Below are positions 28,030 to 38,144 of a stretch of 64,000 nt of DNA, piece after piece; positions within the stretch are counted from its first letter, which is position 1; each line of letters opens with the position of its first letter. The notes under the pieces are model-generated. The model was not told where the DNA came from. It saw only the letters and a program-made list of their open reading frames with translations, and searched no databases. The stretch is from assembly GCA_905233845.1 (NCBI GenBank), contig CAJOFH010000003.1:7693-71692 (forward strand). The letters run 5' to 3'. Origin of the DNA: an uncultured Muribaculaceae bacterium. GTDB taxonomy: Bacteria > Bacteroidota > Bacteroidia > Bacteroidales > Muribaculaceae. A program made the translations under genes and the position numbers.

Positions 28030-28344
28030 CTACATGGACCGTTGGAATATGATTCCATTAAAATCAGCAATATAGCGTGCACCGTTGATACTGTATATTT
28101 CATAGCCACCTTCAATTGTGGAAATGTGTCTTACACTGTATCCCATTGCACGCAATTGTGATACAGATTTGCCAATTACTTGTCCACGCATCTTGCCTTT
28201 TCTGATTTTCTTAGCTCTTTTCTTGGCTCTCTTGGCAATGAGTGTTGTTTCATTATTGTCTGGTTGCCCTAATGGGATGATCTCGGTTGCATTGATGGCA
28301 AATGCCATCATCAAAGCGATTGCAGGAATAATTAATTTCTTCAT
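28030..28344 (-). CDS. Small secreted basic hypothetical protein
   Basis: Signal peptide plus a KRAKKRAKKIRKGK stretch. Confidence 0.6.
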   Translation of the reverse strand: MKKLIIPAIALMMAFAINATEIIPLGQPDNNETTLIAKRAKKRAKKIRKGKMRGQVIGKSVSQLRAMGYSVRHISTIEGGYEIYSINGARYIADFNGIIFQRSM

Positions 28345-28450
28345 GTCGAAAAGGTTTAGAAGGGTTCATGGGTCTTGAATGATTGCCACCTAAAGGTTGA
28401 ACCCTATTTCACCTTGGGGAGGCAAATCTTTATCTCAACAAATTAGTACT

Positions 28451-29953
28451 TTATTTCTTTCTTCTTCTCAGTGTCACAAGTGCTGCGATGATTGCTATCA
28501 AGACTGCTGCGATGGCACCGGCGGTTACTTTTCCTGTCGTTGTTCCGAGCCATTGAGTGAATGTGGAAGATGAGTTGTTGGCATTTTTAGTTGCCACAGC
28601 CACACTGTCGGTTTCCTCGGTCTTGGGTGCAGGAATGACGGGTTCGGGCTCGGCATAGTCCACATGGAAAATGTCGACAGCTTGCCCACCGTAGTCGTGT
28701 CCATTGGTAGTGTGTTCTTGCGAGGTTATAATCACGGTCTTGCCATCGTTGCTCACATCAAGCCCCACAGGATAGGAGTCGGCAGGTACGTCAGCAATCT
28801 TCTGCATGGTGCGAGTGTCAATCACGCACAAACTGCTGGCATCGTTGCAGGCTGCGAAGATGTACTTTCCACTTGGCGAGAACTCTATGGTTCGTGCGCC
28901 AGCTCCCACTTTGCAGTTTTCCCATCCCTCGATATGACCTTTGTTGTCGGTCATATTCTTAGCGACTTTCATAAACTCGTCGAACTTGATGCGTTGTACA
29001 TATCCTGCGATATTTACACTCAAATAGATATATCCGTCACGAATGAGAATGTGACGAACATTGGACTTCATACCAGTAACACGCCCCAGATATTTTTGGT
29101 TCTTGACATCGATAACAGCAAGACCGCCTTTCCCTCCCATGCAACACACAATGATATAGTTGTCGTCGGGAGTGAATGCCGTACCACGTAGGCAATAACC
29201 GCTATGATTGTTACGGTTGATTTTCTTGCCAGTGCCAAAGTTCAACGGAAGCACATAGTCAACGACAAGCACCTTGGTGTAGTGCCAATCTTTGGGGTTG
29301 TTGCTTGAGATGTCGATAAGACCTACGGTGTTGTTTCCCCAGTGAGTGACGGCAAGTGTCTTGCTGTCATGGGATGTCGCAAGCATCTTGGGCAGAGGAC
29401 CTGTCTCGAAGAGTCGCACGATGGAGTCGACCTTAGTGTCGATGACCGCCATAGCCGAGGGTTCGATAGCATTAAGGTCGAAAGTGCGTCTAAAATATGG
29501 AACCCACAAGTATCTGCCATTATGTGAGAATGCCGCTTCCACAGGTTTTCCCATGAAAGTGTTGGGCTTTTCCCATTGCTTGTGCCACTCAAAGAGTCCG
29601 CTTGCTGGTGCCCACAGGTGCTTCGATCCCTCATCGGTGAAGTCATGGCTTATTGTTTTGAGTTTCTTGTTTGTCGCCATGTCGTAGGCGATAGTGACCC
29701 GTCCTTCGAGCGAATTGACATAGTATTTCTTTCCGTCGGGAGTGATATTGACCGACTTTGGCGAGTAGATGTCCTTGTCGTAACTGTCGGTCATCGATGG
29801 ACTGAAGTTTTGTATTCTGTCGGCGAAAGTTATTTTGAGCTTACCGTCGGTTGATGTTGTAACGTCGCCCACATTAGGATGTACTACAGCCTGTGCCGAG
29901 CCAAGAGTAGCTATCAAGATAATGATAACAAATAGAGTTTTACGTTGTTGCAT
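28451..29953 (-). CDS. YncE-family beta-propeller surface protein with C-terminal TM anchor (paralogue 1)
   Basis: SPDGK/TPDGK/SHNGR repeats, GKPVEAAFS, SYPVGLDVS; TM helix followed by RRRKK; probable start MQQRK. Confidence 0.75.
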   Translation of the reverse strand: MQQRKTLFVIIILIATLGSAQAVVHPNVGDVTTSTDGKLKITFADRIQNFSPSMTDSYDKDIYSPKSVNITPDGKKYYVNSLEGRVTIAYDMATNKKLKTISHDFTDEGSKHLWAPASGLFEWHKQWEKPNTFMGKPVEAAFSHNGRYLWVPYFRRTFDLNAIEPSAMAVIDTKVDSIVRLFETGPLPKMLATSHDSKTLAVTHWGNNTVGLIDISSNNPKDWHYTKVLVVDYVLPLNFGTGKKINRNNHSGYCLRGTAFTPDDNYIIVCCMGGKGGLAVIDVKNQKYLGRVTGMKSNVRHILIRDGYIYLSVNIAGYVQRIKFDEFMKVAKNMTDNKGHIEGWENCKVGAGARTIEFSPSGKYIFAACNDASSLCVIDTRTMQKIADVPADSYPVGLDVSNDGKTVIITSQEHTTNGHDYGGQAVDIFHVDYAEPEPVIPAPKTEETDSVAVATKNANNSSSTFTQWLGTTTGKVTAGAIAAVLIAIIAALVTLRRRKK

Positions 29954-29957
29954 TATA

Positions 29958-31040
29958 TTATTGTTTTTTGGTTTTCTTGGATTTCTTGTCGTCCTCTTTT
30001 TCGGCATCTCTCACTTTTCCTGCAAGCATGCCACAGGCGGCACTGATATCCTCGCCACGACTGCGACGAATTGTGCAGGTGATGCCCTTGCTGTTGAGGT
30101 AGTCGCGGAAGTAAGCCATGCGCTCGTCACTTGAGGTGCGCAGTTTGGTAGCACCTGGAATCATGTGGTAACGGATGAGGTTCACGCGCACATGCTCGTT
30201 AGGCAAGAGCTCGCGCAGAGCCTCGGCATGCTTGATGTCGTCGTTGAACCATTGCCACATGATGTATTCCACCGAAAGGCGGCGTTGATGAGCGAAGTCA
30301 TACTTGCCCAGGAGATCCATCACTTCCTTAATGTGGTAAGCGTTCTCGATGGGCATGAGTTGGCTGCGCTCTTCCTCAATGGCATTGTGAACACTCACGG
30401 CGACGTGTACGCTGGTGGTCTCGCACAGCACTTTGAGAGCAGTCTTAACTCCTACAGTCGAGACGGTGATGCGTTTAGGGCTCCAAGCAAGCCCCCATGG
30501 TGCAGTGAGAATTTCAATGACCTTGAGCACATTGTCAAGATTGTCGAGAGGTTCTCCCATTCCCATGAACACGACGTTGGTGAGCTCTTGGCTTTGTGGC
30601 ACACTGAGCACCTGGTTGATGATTTGGTTGGAGGTGAGATTGCCATGGAAACCTTGTCGGCCGGTCATGCAGAAGTAGCAGTTCATGCGGCACCCCTTCT
30701 GCGACGAGATGCACAAAGTGGCGCGGTCGTCCTCAGGAATGAAGACGCTCTCCACAGCCTTGTCTCCACCAGCATCAAAGAGATACTTCACAGTGCCGTC
30801 TTCACTCGACTGTGCACTTTGTGGTCCATAAAGTCCCACGCAATACTGCTTGGCGAGCAGCTCTTTGTTGGCTTTAGAAATGTTGCGCATTTCATCAAAT
30901 GTGCTCACACGTTTGCTGTAAATCCACTCGGCAAGCTGGGTCGCCACAAACTTAGGCATTCCCAACCCTGCTGTTACTTCACGCAGCTCTTGTAGATTCA
31001 TGCCGGCGAGCGGCCTGAGTTTCTTGCTATAGGTTTCCAT
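29958..31040 (-). CDS. rlmN: Dual-specificity RNA methyltransferase RlmN
   Basis: CISSQKGCRMNCYFCMTG radical SAM motif, VFMGMGEP and DISAACGML. Confidence 0.95.
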   Translation of the reverse strand: METYSKKLRPLAGMNLQELREVTAGLGMPKFVATQLAEWIYSKRVSTFDEMRNISKANKELLAKQYCVGLYGPQSAQSSEDGTVKYLFDAGGDKAVESVFIPEDDRATLCISSQKGCRMNCYFCMTGRQGFHGNLTSNQIINQVLSVPQSQELTNVVFMGMGEPLDNLDNVLKVIEILTAPWGLAWSPKRITVSTVGVKTALKVLCETTSVHVAVSVHNAIEEERSQLMPIENAYHIKEVMDLLGKYDFAHQRRLSVEYIMWQWFNDDIKHAEALRELLPNEHVRVNLIRYHMIPGATKLRTSSDERMAYFRDYLNSKGITCTIRRSRGEDISAACGMLAGKVRDAEKEDDKKSKKTKKQ

Positions 31041-31130
31041 ATCAGTTTTAAGACATTTATTTACTTAATAATGTGCAAAGTTAATTATAATTTTTTGATT
31101 ATTTGGATAATGCTCACTAAATTTGCGGTT

Positions 31131-31478
31131 ATGAAGCTCAATGTTGAAGATTTAAGGAATTATTGCCTCTCATTGGGTGAAGATGTGGAGGAGAAGATGC
31201 CGTTTGGAAAGTTTAACGGTGCTAATGAGGTATTAGTGTTTTACGTGTGTGGTCACATGTTCTGCTACTACGACTTGGCCCATTTCACTGTGGTGACAGT
31301 GAAGTGCCAACCCGAGCGCATCAATGAGCTGAGAGCTCAAGAAACTGGCATCACAGCCCCTTATAATATGCATCCCAGTCATTGGATAGGTCTTGATGTG
31401 GAGCTGGTGAATCCTGACCTCGCCAAGGAGCTGATAAAAAACTCTTATAATATTGTTAAAGCCAAATATACAAGATAA
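31131..31478 (+). CDS. MmcQ/YjbR family protein
   Basis: EKMPFG, VFYVCGHMF, VKCQPE and YNMHPSHWI; TAAATTTG promoter box upstream. Confidence 0.8.
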   Translation: MKLNVEDLRNYCLSLGEDVEEKMPFGKFNGANEVLVFYVCGHMFCYYDLAHFTVVTVKCQPERINELRAQETGITAPYNMHPSHWIGLDVELVNPDLAKELIKNSYNIVKAKYTR

Positions 31479-31554
31479 GAGAGTGTTGTGGCAACACCCT
31501 CTTAAAATTCAAGACCTCCCATAAGGTGGTATTTTTGAAGTCCCTTGAGAAAAT

Positions 31555-33054
31555 CTATTTCTTTCGCCGTTTCATTGATACAGGTACAGCTATGGCTGCG
31601 ATGACTACTGCAGCGAGTGCACCAGCTGTAACTTGTCCTGTTGTAGTCTGTAGCCATTTCATGATTGACTGCGATGAGAATCCACCGTTTTCCGTTGTAG
31701 TAGCGACGGTTGTACTATCATTATCGGTGGGAGTTGGTTCTTTAATAACAGGTTCAGGCTCGGCATAGTCTATTTGGTAGATATTTACAGCATTGCCGCC
31801 GCCTCTCTTCATGCGTCCTTGCGAAGTGACAAGTACATATCGACCATCGTTGCTGATGTCAAGTCCCACGGGGTAAGAATCGACCGAAATCTCGGCAATC
31901 ATCTTCATTGTGCGAGTGTCAACCACACACAAACGGCTCGCATTGTTGCAAGCAGCAAAGATGTATTTTCCACTGGGTGAAATCTCGATTGTGCGCGCTC
32001 CACTGCCAACCTTACAGTTTTCCCAATTCTCGATGATGCCTTTATCATTGGTCATCTGCTTAGCAGCATTCATGAAGTCATCGAGCTTGATGCGTTGCAC
32101 ATAACCACTACTGTTGACGCTCAAATAAATATAGCCATTGTTGATGATGATGTGGCGCACATTGTGCTTCATGCCAAGCATGCGTCCCATGTATTTTCTG
32201 TTCTTAACGTCGATGACAGCAAGTCCACCAGAGCCTCCCATGCAGCAAATAATCAAGTACTTGTCGTCGGGGGTAAATACAGTGCCTCGTAGGCAATATC
32301 CACTCTCGGTGTCGCGATTAACCCTTCGGTTTCCGAAGTTAAGAGGTAATTCGTAATCAACGATGAGATTAGTGGTATAGTGCCAGTCGTTTGGGTTGCT
32401 GCTCGAGATGTCGATAAGCCCAACAGTATTGTTTCCCCAATGTGTGACAGCGAGAGTTTTGCCATCGTGCGATGTGGCAACCATTTTGGGCAGGGGACCA
32501 GTTTCCATCAACTTGACAATCTCATCGGTGCGGGTGTCGATAATCGCCATTGCCGAAGGTTCCACGGCATTATTGTCGTAAGTGCGACGATAGTAAGGAA
32601 CCCAAAGGTATCGTCCTGCATGTGAGAAAGTGGCTTCCACTGGTTTGCCCATGAACGTGTTAGGTTTATCCCACTGTTTATGCCACTTGAAAAGACCGCT
32701 TGGTTTTGCCCACAAGTTTTTGGAGCTTTCATCGGTGAAATTGTGGCTGATTGACTTTATTTTTCGGTTGGTGCCCATTTCAAACACAACAGTCTTGCCG
32801 CCTTCAAGAGAGTTGACATAGTACTTTTTCCCGTCGGGAGAGATGTTTACCGACTTTGGAGATTGTATGTCGCTTTCATGACTGTCTTTCATGGCAACAC
32901 TGTAGTTTTGCTTTTTTGCAACAAGTGTGATTTTTACTTTGCCATCACTGGAGGTTGCTGTTTCACCCACCTTTGGGTGGACAAGAGGTTGGCCACTTGC
33001 AGTTCCTGCAAGCATAGTGGCAGCAATAACGATGAATAATAGATGTGATTTCAT
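31555..33054 (-). CDS. YncE-family beta-propeller surface protein (paralogue 2)
   Basis: Colinear paralogue of 28451-29953. Confidence 0.75.
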   Translation of the reverse strand: MKSHLLFIVIAATMLAGTASGQPLVHPKVGETATSSDGKVKITLVAKKQNYSVAMKDSHESDIQSPKSVNISPDGKKYYVNSLEGGKTVVFEMGTNRKIKSISHNFTDESSKNLWAKPSGLFKWHKQWDKPNTFMGKPVEATFSHAGRYLWVPYYRRTYDNNAVEPSAMAIIDTRTDEIVKLMETGPLPKMVATSHDGKTLAVTHWGNNTVGLIDISSSNPNDWHYTTNLIVDYELPLNFGNRRVNRDTESGYCLRGTVFTPDDKYLIICCMGGSGGLAVIDVKNRKYMGRMLGMKHNVRHIIINNGYIYLSVNSSGYVQRIKLDDFMNAAKQMTNDKGIIENWENCKVGSGARTIEISPSGKYIFAACNNASRLCVVDTRTMKMIAEISVDSYPVGLDISNDGRYVLVTSQGRMKRGGGNAVNIYQIDYAEPEPVIKEPTPTDNDSTTVATTTENGGFSSQSIMKWLQTTTGQVTAGALAAVVIAAIAVPVSMKRRKK

Positions 33055-33148
33055 TAAAAACAGAAATAATAGTATTCCTCAAAAATGGGACACTTTTCAA
33101 AAAAAAAATTAATCAATGGAGTTTGAGCATTGTTACATAATATTATAA

Positions 33149-33754
33149 TCAAGGCTCTATGCGTATGTCATCGTTGCGATAAGGTACGAGTCGGCCACGC
33201 AACGTGAGCTGTCCACGTCCCAATGTGGGGTCGATGGTAGCGAGTGCCTGATCGCTGCCTTTGAACAATGTGATGGTGACATAAGCATTCATGCGACGCC
33301 CTATCATGGTGTAGGTGATAATGGCGTTACCTTTTTTGTCATTCTTGATGTTAAGTTTGCTTATGCGTCCATGAAGGGTCATTCCGCCCAGGCCATTGGG
33401 TCCAGCGCTCATGGTGTTATAAGCCACTTGGAAAATACCTTTGTCGCCTTGCATAAGCAGGAAGTTGGTGTTGTCGTTCAATCCAAGCGCATAGTTTCCG
33501 TAGCTGTTTCTCACTTGTGTGGCTTGCAGCACAAAATATCCGTTCTGAATAGCGCGTAGGGCTTTGAGGTGGAACACCGAGTCGACAATCTCGTGGTCTT
33601 TCTTGATGCGCTGCTTGCGCTCTTTCTTTGTTTCGTTGGCGGGGATGGGGTCAGTCTCGTCAATGACATAGACGTCATCATAGTTTTGTGCCATTACTGG
33701 CATAGAAATGATAACAGTTAGAATCAGCGATAAAAGTAGTTTTAATGACTTCAT
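33149..33754 (-). CDS. DUF4251-like secreted protein
   Basis: Signal peptide; FVLQATQV, TNFLLMQGDKGIFQVA, GPNGLGGMTL.G.IS and LRGRLVPY. Probable start MKSLK. Confidence 0.7.
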   Translation of the reverse strand: MKSLKLLLSLILTVIISMPVMAQNYDDVYVIDETDPIPANETKKERKQRIKKDHEIVDSVFHLKALRAIQNGYFVLQATQVRNSYGNYALGLNDNTNFLLMQGDKGIFQVAYNTMSAGPNGLGGMTLHGRISKLNIKNDKKGNAIITYTMIGRRMNAYVTITLFKGSDQALATIDPTLGRGQLTLRGRLVPYRNDDIRIEP

Positions 33755-33884
33755 AATTTCTGATGTTTTAGAGAGTTGGTGCAAAATTACATAATATAAA
33801 CACACAAAGAGCCAAAATACTGCATTAATTATGAAAATTTTTTTCAAGAAAATGTTATTTTTGCAGTCTAAATTATTTTTTGTT

Positions 33885-34772
33885 ATGGAAATCAACAAAC
33901 AAATGTCTTGGTTTGTCAAGATTATTTTGCTCGGTGCATTGGCGATGATGATGCTATTTGTTGTCACTATAGTAATCATGATAGCTTTTGGCGCACGATT
34001 CACGGGGTTGAATGTGCAGTTGACAATTGTTGCCCTACAAAATGTGGTGATCTTCATTGTGCCGGTGGTGATTCTTGCTCTCATTTGCCGCTCTACCGAG
34101 GGGCGACCTGTGTCGCAGACCATGTGGATTGCCAAGTCACCTACGTTCAAGTCGATAGCGTTAGTGGTGCTCGTCTATATCGTGGCACTGCCGGCTATGA
34201 ACTGGATAGTGGAGTGGAACGAGGGGTTGCATTTGCCGCAGGCGTTGCACAAATATGAGAACCTGTTGCATGAGATGGAAGACTCGGCTCAGGGTGTTAC
34301 TAACGACCTGCTCTTGACTAAGTCGTGGGGTGGCATGATAATGAGATTCCTGCTTGTGGGTGTGCTCACAGGACTGGGCGAGGAGATGTTTTTCCGTTCT
34401 GGTATGTTGGGTTCCATGCACTTTGGCAAGGTGCGGCGTCACGTGGCGGTGTGGACGGTAGCTTTCATTTTCAGTGCCATCCACATGCAATTCTTTGGCT
34501 TTGTGCCTCGCATGTTGATGGGGGCATGGTTTGGATATGTGATGCTGTGGAGTGGTGAAGTTTGGACTCCCGCCATCGCACATTCATTGAACAATGGCCT
34601 TGTGGTGATATTCACTTTCTTGAGTAATAATCACTATATTGACGATAATTTCGTGGAGACCATGGGTGTGCCTGAGAAAGGACAAATGCCATGGCTCGCG
34701 ATTGCCAGCGCTGTGGCTACTGTGATTGTTATAGTGTTGTTTATGAGAAAAAAGAAAAGCTTGACACCATGA
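33885..34772 (+). CDS. CPBP (Abi/CAAX) intramembrane metalloprotease
   Basis: GLGEEMFFRS, FSAIHMQF and AHSLNN motifs. Confidence 0.85.
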   Translation: MEINKQMSWFVKIILLGALAMMMLFVVTIVIMIAFGARFTGLNVQLTIVALQNVVIFIVPVVILALICRSTEGRPVSQTMWIAKSPTFKSIALVVLVYIVALPAMNWIVEWNEGLHLPQALHKYENLLHEMEDSAQGVTNDLLLTKSWGGMIMRFLLVGVLTGLGEEMFFRSGMLGSMHFGKVRRHVAVWTVAFIFSAIHMQFFGFVPRMLMGAWFGYVMLWSGEVWTPAIAHSLNNGLVVIFTFLSNNHYIDDNFVETMGVPEKGQMPWLAIASAVATVIVIVLFMRKKKSLTP

Positions 34773-35518
34773 AAAAGATATTGTTTTTGGCACTGATATC
34801 CTTGTCCATCACTGCTAATGCTCAAGATGTGATTTGTCACCGAGGTTACTGGGACACCGAGGGTGCCGCGCAAAATTCGATTCGCTCTCTTGTAAAGGCC
34901 GACTCAATTGGTGCATGGGGGTCAGAGTTTGACGTGTGGATGACCGCCGATAGTGTACTCGTGGTCAATCACGATGCCACTTTCAATGGTGTGACCATAG
35001 AGACAGCAAAGTGGGACGATCTCAAGACTATGCGACTCAATAACGGCGAACCACTTCCAACTCTTGACCTGATGCTGGAGTGCGGCAAGCGCCTTAAAAC
35101 TCGACTCATTCTTGAAATGAAACCGCACACTAACAAGGAACAAGAGAAAGAGGCTGCGTGTAGAATCGTGGAGATGGTTAAAGATAAAGGTTTAGAGGAC
35201 AGGATTGAGTACATTACATTCTCTTATCAAGGCATGAAGGAACTCAAGGGACTGGCTAAGCAAGGAACGCCTATCTATTATCTTAATGGCGAACTCTCAC
35301 CTTCGCAGCTTGCCGAACTCGATGTTGCAGGAATTGACTACAGCATCAGAGTGATGCGTGAGCATCCACAGTGGATTGATGAGGCTCACTCGCTGGGTAT
35401 GAAAGTGAACGTATGGACTGTAAACAGCGAGCGCGATATGGACTGGTGCATACAAAACGGGGTAGACTTCATCACCACCAATGCCCCCGAACTACTGCAA
35501 CGCAAGCTTAAACAATAA
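34769..35518 (+). CDS. Glycerophosphodiester phosphodiesterase
   Basis: ICHRG, QNS, SEFDVWMTAD..VVNHD, LEMK, NVWTVN and FITTNAPE. Confidence 0.88.
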   Translation: MKKILFLALISLSITANAQDVICHRGYWDTEGAAQNSIRSLVKADSIGAWGSEFDVWMTADSVLVVNHDATFNGVTIETAKWDDLKTMRLNNGEPLPTLDLMLECGKRLKTRLILEMKPHTNKEQEKEAACRIVEMVKDKGLEDRIEYITFSYQGMKELKGLAKQGTPIYYLNGELSPSQLAELDVAGIDYSIRVMREHPQWIDEAHSLGMKVNVWTVNSERDMDWCIQNGVDFITTNAPELLQRKLKQ

Positions 35519-35571
35519 CTTTTTTATACCTCTCCTTTCTTACCTCTCCACTATTCCACTTTTTTTGCGAC

Positions 35572-35895
35572 ATGAAAAGATTTATCTCTAACTACACAAT
35601 TTTTGCCAATGGCGACGAGGTCATCAACCACATCACGACAGTTGAGGATGATGGCACTCTGCGCTCAGTTGATCCCTTCGACCGTGAACTCGGCAACACT
35701 GTCTATGTACCTCAGCCACTGTGTGTTGTTGCCACAAGCGATGTCCCTCTCGTGCAGAAGGCTTTCATTGAGTGCGCCTCGCGTGAGCAATTGAAGCGAT
35801 TGCTCTCTAAGCTGAAACTGTCACAGCCACAAGCGGGCGTTACAGTAACAGTGCTGCGACTCGACTTCAGTACAAATACTCTAAAAGAATTATAA
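35572..35895 (+). CDS. Hypothetical protein
   Basis: 107-aa ORF co-oriented with its neighbours. Confidence 0.55.
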   Translation: MKRFISNYTIFANGDEVINHITTVEDDGTLRSVDPFDRELGNTVYVPQPLCVVATSDVPLVQKAFIECASREQLKRLLSKLKLSQPQAGVTVTVLRLDFSTNTLKEL

Positions 35896-35929
35896 CATCA
35901 AACATCTGATCTCTGACAACTATTTAGCT

Positions 35930-36235
35930 ATGGAACAAATCGAGAGAATTAAGACCATGGAGGAGCATCTCAACAAAGCCACTGAAGCAGTTAAGGCTTT
36001 GAGCGACGCTCTCGACCTTTACACTGACGCAATGGAGTCGATTGAGACCATTGACGACTATCTCGTCAGCGACGAGTGGAAGCAGGACTTCGACGATAGC
36101 GAAGCAGGAAAGCTTCCAAAGGACCTTAAATGCGGAGTGCTTAGTGAAGATGGCATCTGGAACGTCGTCGACACCAGCCGTGAGCTCAATTGCCAAATGC
36201 TCGACATCGTCAGCACGATGCTCCGCAACAGCTAA
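35930..36235 (+). CDS. DUF4298-like protein
   Basis: MEQIERI..ME, YL.SDEW..DF and LKCGVLSEDGIWN pattern. Confidence 0.7.
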   Translation: MEQIERIKTMEEHLNKATEAVKALSDALDLYTDAMESIETIDDYLVSDEWKQDFDDSEAGKLPKDLKCGVLSEDGIWNVVDTSRELNCQMLDIVSTMLRNS

Positions 36236-36319
36236 CAATACGTCTCTCGCAAAAAACTGCGCAGTGATTTGCATTTTATTGCACTGTTATGTGATTGATA
36301 GTTGAGGCATTACGATAAG

Positions 36320-36351
36320 ATTGCCCCGAAACACAATGTTCGGGGCAATCC
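36320..36351. terminator. Terminator hairpin
   Basis: GATTGCCCCGAA-loop-TTCGGGGCAATC followed by T-rich sequence. Confidence 0.65.
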
Positions 36352-36408
36352 TTTTATAATTATCTTTCAAAAATAAGACTCTGACCGATTAGTGATGGGA
36401 AAAGAGTG

Positions 36409-37281
36409 CTAATCTTGAGCTACGCGCACAGCACGTACAGAGAAACCACTGTCACGGTCGCCGTAGTTTCTTTCCAGATTGCCCTCAAGATGGAACCACA
36501 AGTAGTAAGCTTGATAGGATTTCGATGCGTTGACCATGCGCGACCAATAGTAGCCATAATTGCCAGGGCTGTAGAGATAGTCACCGAAGTGGTAGCCTGC
36601 GGCAGGCAAGAACAATGTTGCGCCATTATGCTTGCTGGTCGCCAAGTTGCCGTTCACACCATTCTTTGTTGTCCATTGCCAATTACAATGAGCAATAAGT
36701 TCGTCTAATTGCTCTTCAGATGGCATGCACCACTGAGCACCCCAATTGGCAGTAGCTGCATCGTCTTCGGGTTCAAGCTCGGTCTTGCCATCGACAAAGC
36801 CATTGTATCCATAACTGCTGTTGGTGCAGTACTTGATTAACTTATTGAATCTGGTGCCATTGCTCCATTGGTAGTTGTCCCATTTATAGACATCCTTTGG
36901 AGTTGTCTCACCCCAAGCGAAATAATCGCCATATTCCTCTGGACTGTTTGCTCCAATGTTCATCGTCGCCCACAGCGTGCCACTGGGCAATCCCAAGTCA
37001 ACATATTCATGGTTGTCAACCCCGGGGTCAATGCCCAACAAAATATTATAGACCGCTGTCACGTCGGCGCTTGTAATGCTGCCGTCTCCGTTGACATCAC
37101 TTGTAGAATAATAAGTCATGTTGCCACTGAGTAGGTAATTATAAAGTGCTGTGACGTCAGAACTTGTAACAGCTCCATCGCCATCCACATCACCCTTCAC
37201 CGCACTCTTCACCGCAGGAGTTTGAGCCATTGCTGCCGAGCACGCGGTGAGCATTACAATCACTGAGTAAATTATTTTCAT
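36409..37281 (-). CDS. Secreted protein: dockerin-like domain plus VDLGLPSGTLWA (Fib_succ_major/DUF1566-like) domain
   Basis: GDVDGDGAVTSSDVTALYN / SDVNGDGSITSADVTAVYN; EYVDLGLPSGTLWATMNIGA; FLPAAG; GFSVRAV. Confidence 0.75.
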   Translation of the reverse strand: MKIIYSVIVMLTACSAAMAQTPAVKSAVKGDVDGDGAVTSSDVTALYNYLLSGNMTYYSTSDVNGDGSITSADVTAVYNILLGIDPGVDNHEYVDLGLPSGTLWATMNIGANSPEEYGDYFAWGETTPKDVYKWDNYQWSNGTRFNKLIKYCTNSSYGYNGFVDGKTELEPEDDAATANWGAQWCMPSEEQLDELIAHCNWQWTTKNGVNGNLATSKHNGATLFLPAAGYHFGDYLYSPGNYGYYWSRMVNASKSYQAYYLWFHLEGNLERNYGDRDSGFSVRAVRVAQD

Positions 37282-37485
37282 GTGAATTAAGTTTTTCTGC
37301 CATTTTAGTCTCTCGAATCGTGGCTAATGTTTAATTAGTTATTATTTATGTATAGAAAGCGTAGAGACTTGGTAAAAACGCTTTCTTTTTTATCCGTTAA
37401 ATTTTCCGATGGGGAGGTGAGAGTGGATAGGTAAATGCACATTTCTCGATTACGTTAACGTTTCACCTCCTTCCACCTTATTCTT

Positions 37486-38106
37486 TTACATTATTGGGAA
37501 TAGGCCATAGAGCAAGCCGTCAATGCGCTCGGTAACCTTGGCGAAATCCTCGGGACGGTCGCCAAACTTGCAGTTGTCTCCGTCAATGATGATGAGCTTG
37601 CCGTCATAGTCCTCTATCCATTTCTCGTAGAGGCGCTCCAGACCTTGCAGATAGTCGAGGCGGATAGTCTGCTCATACTCACGTCCACGTTTTTGGATTT
37701 GCCCTACGAGTGTCGAGATGCTCGAGCGGATGTAAATCATCAGGTCGGGTTTCTGCACCAGCGACATCATGAGCTGGAAGAGGTCCTGATAGGTCTCGAA
37801 GTCGCGATCGCTCATCTTTCCCTGATTGTGAAGGTTAGGAGCAAAGATGCATGCGTCCTCAAAGATTGTGCGGTCTTGGATAATGACATCACTGCTCTTA
37901 GAGATTTCCACCACGTCCTTAAAACGCTTATTGAGGAAATAGATTTGAAGGTTGAAGGACCATCGTTCCATGTCGTCGTAGAAGTCGGCGAGATAGGGGT
38001 TGTTGGTCACTGATTCAAAACGTGGCTCCCAGCCGTAATGCTCAGCGAGCATTCTGGTCAATGTGGTCTTGCCACAACCGATGTTTCCTGATATTGCTAT
38101 ATGCAT
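37486..38106 (-). CDS. Deoxynucleoside kinase
   Basis: GNIGCGKTT P-loop, QDRTIFED and RGREYE. Confidence 0.9.
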   Translation of the reverse strand: MHIAISGNIGCGKTTLTRMLAEHYGWEPRFESVTNNPYLADFYDDMERWSFNLQIYFLNKRFKDVVEISKSSDVIIQDRTIFEDACIFAPNLHNQGKMSDRDFETYQDLFQLMMSLVQKPDLMIYIRSSISTLVGQIQKRGREYEQTIRLDYLQGLERLYEKWIEDYDGKLIIIDGDNCKFGDRPEDFAKVTERIDGLLYGLFPIM

Positions 38107-38144
38107 GATTTTAAGTTTTAGTTCTTTGTTTTAAGTTCTTTGTT

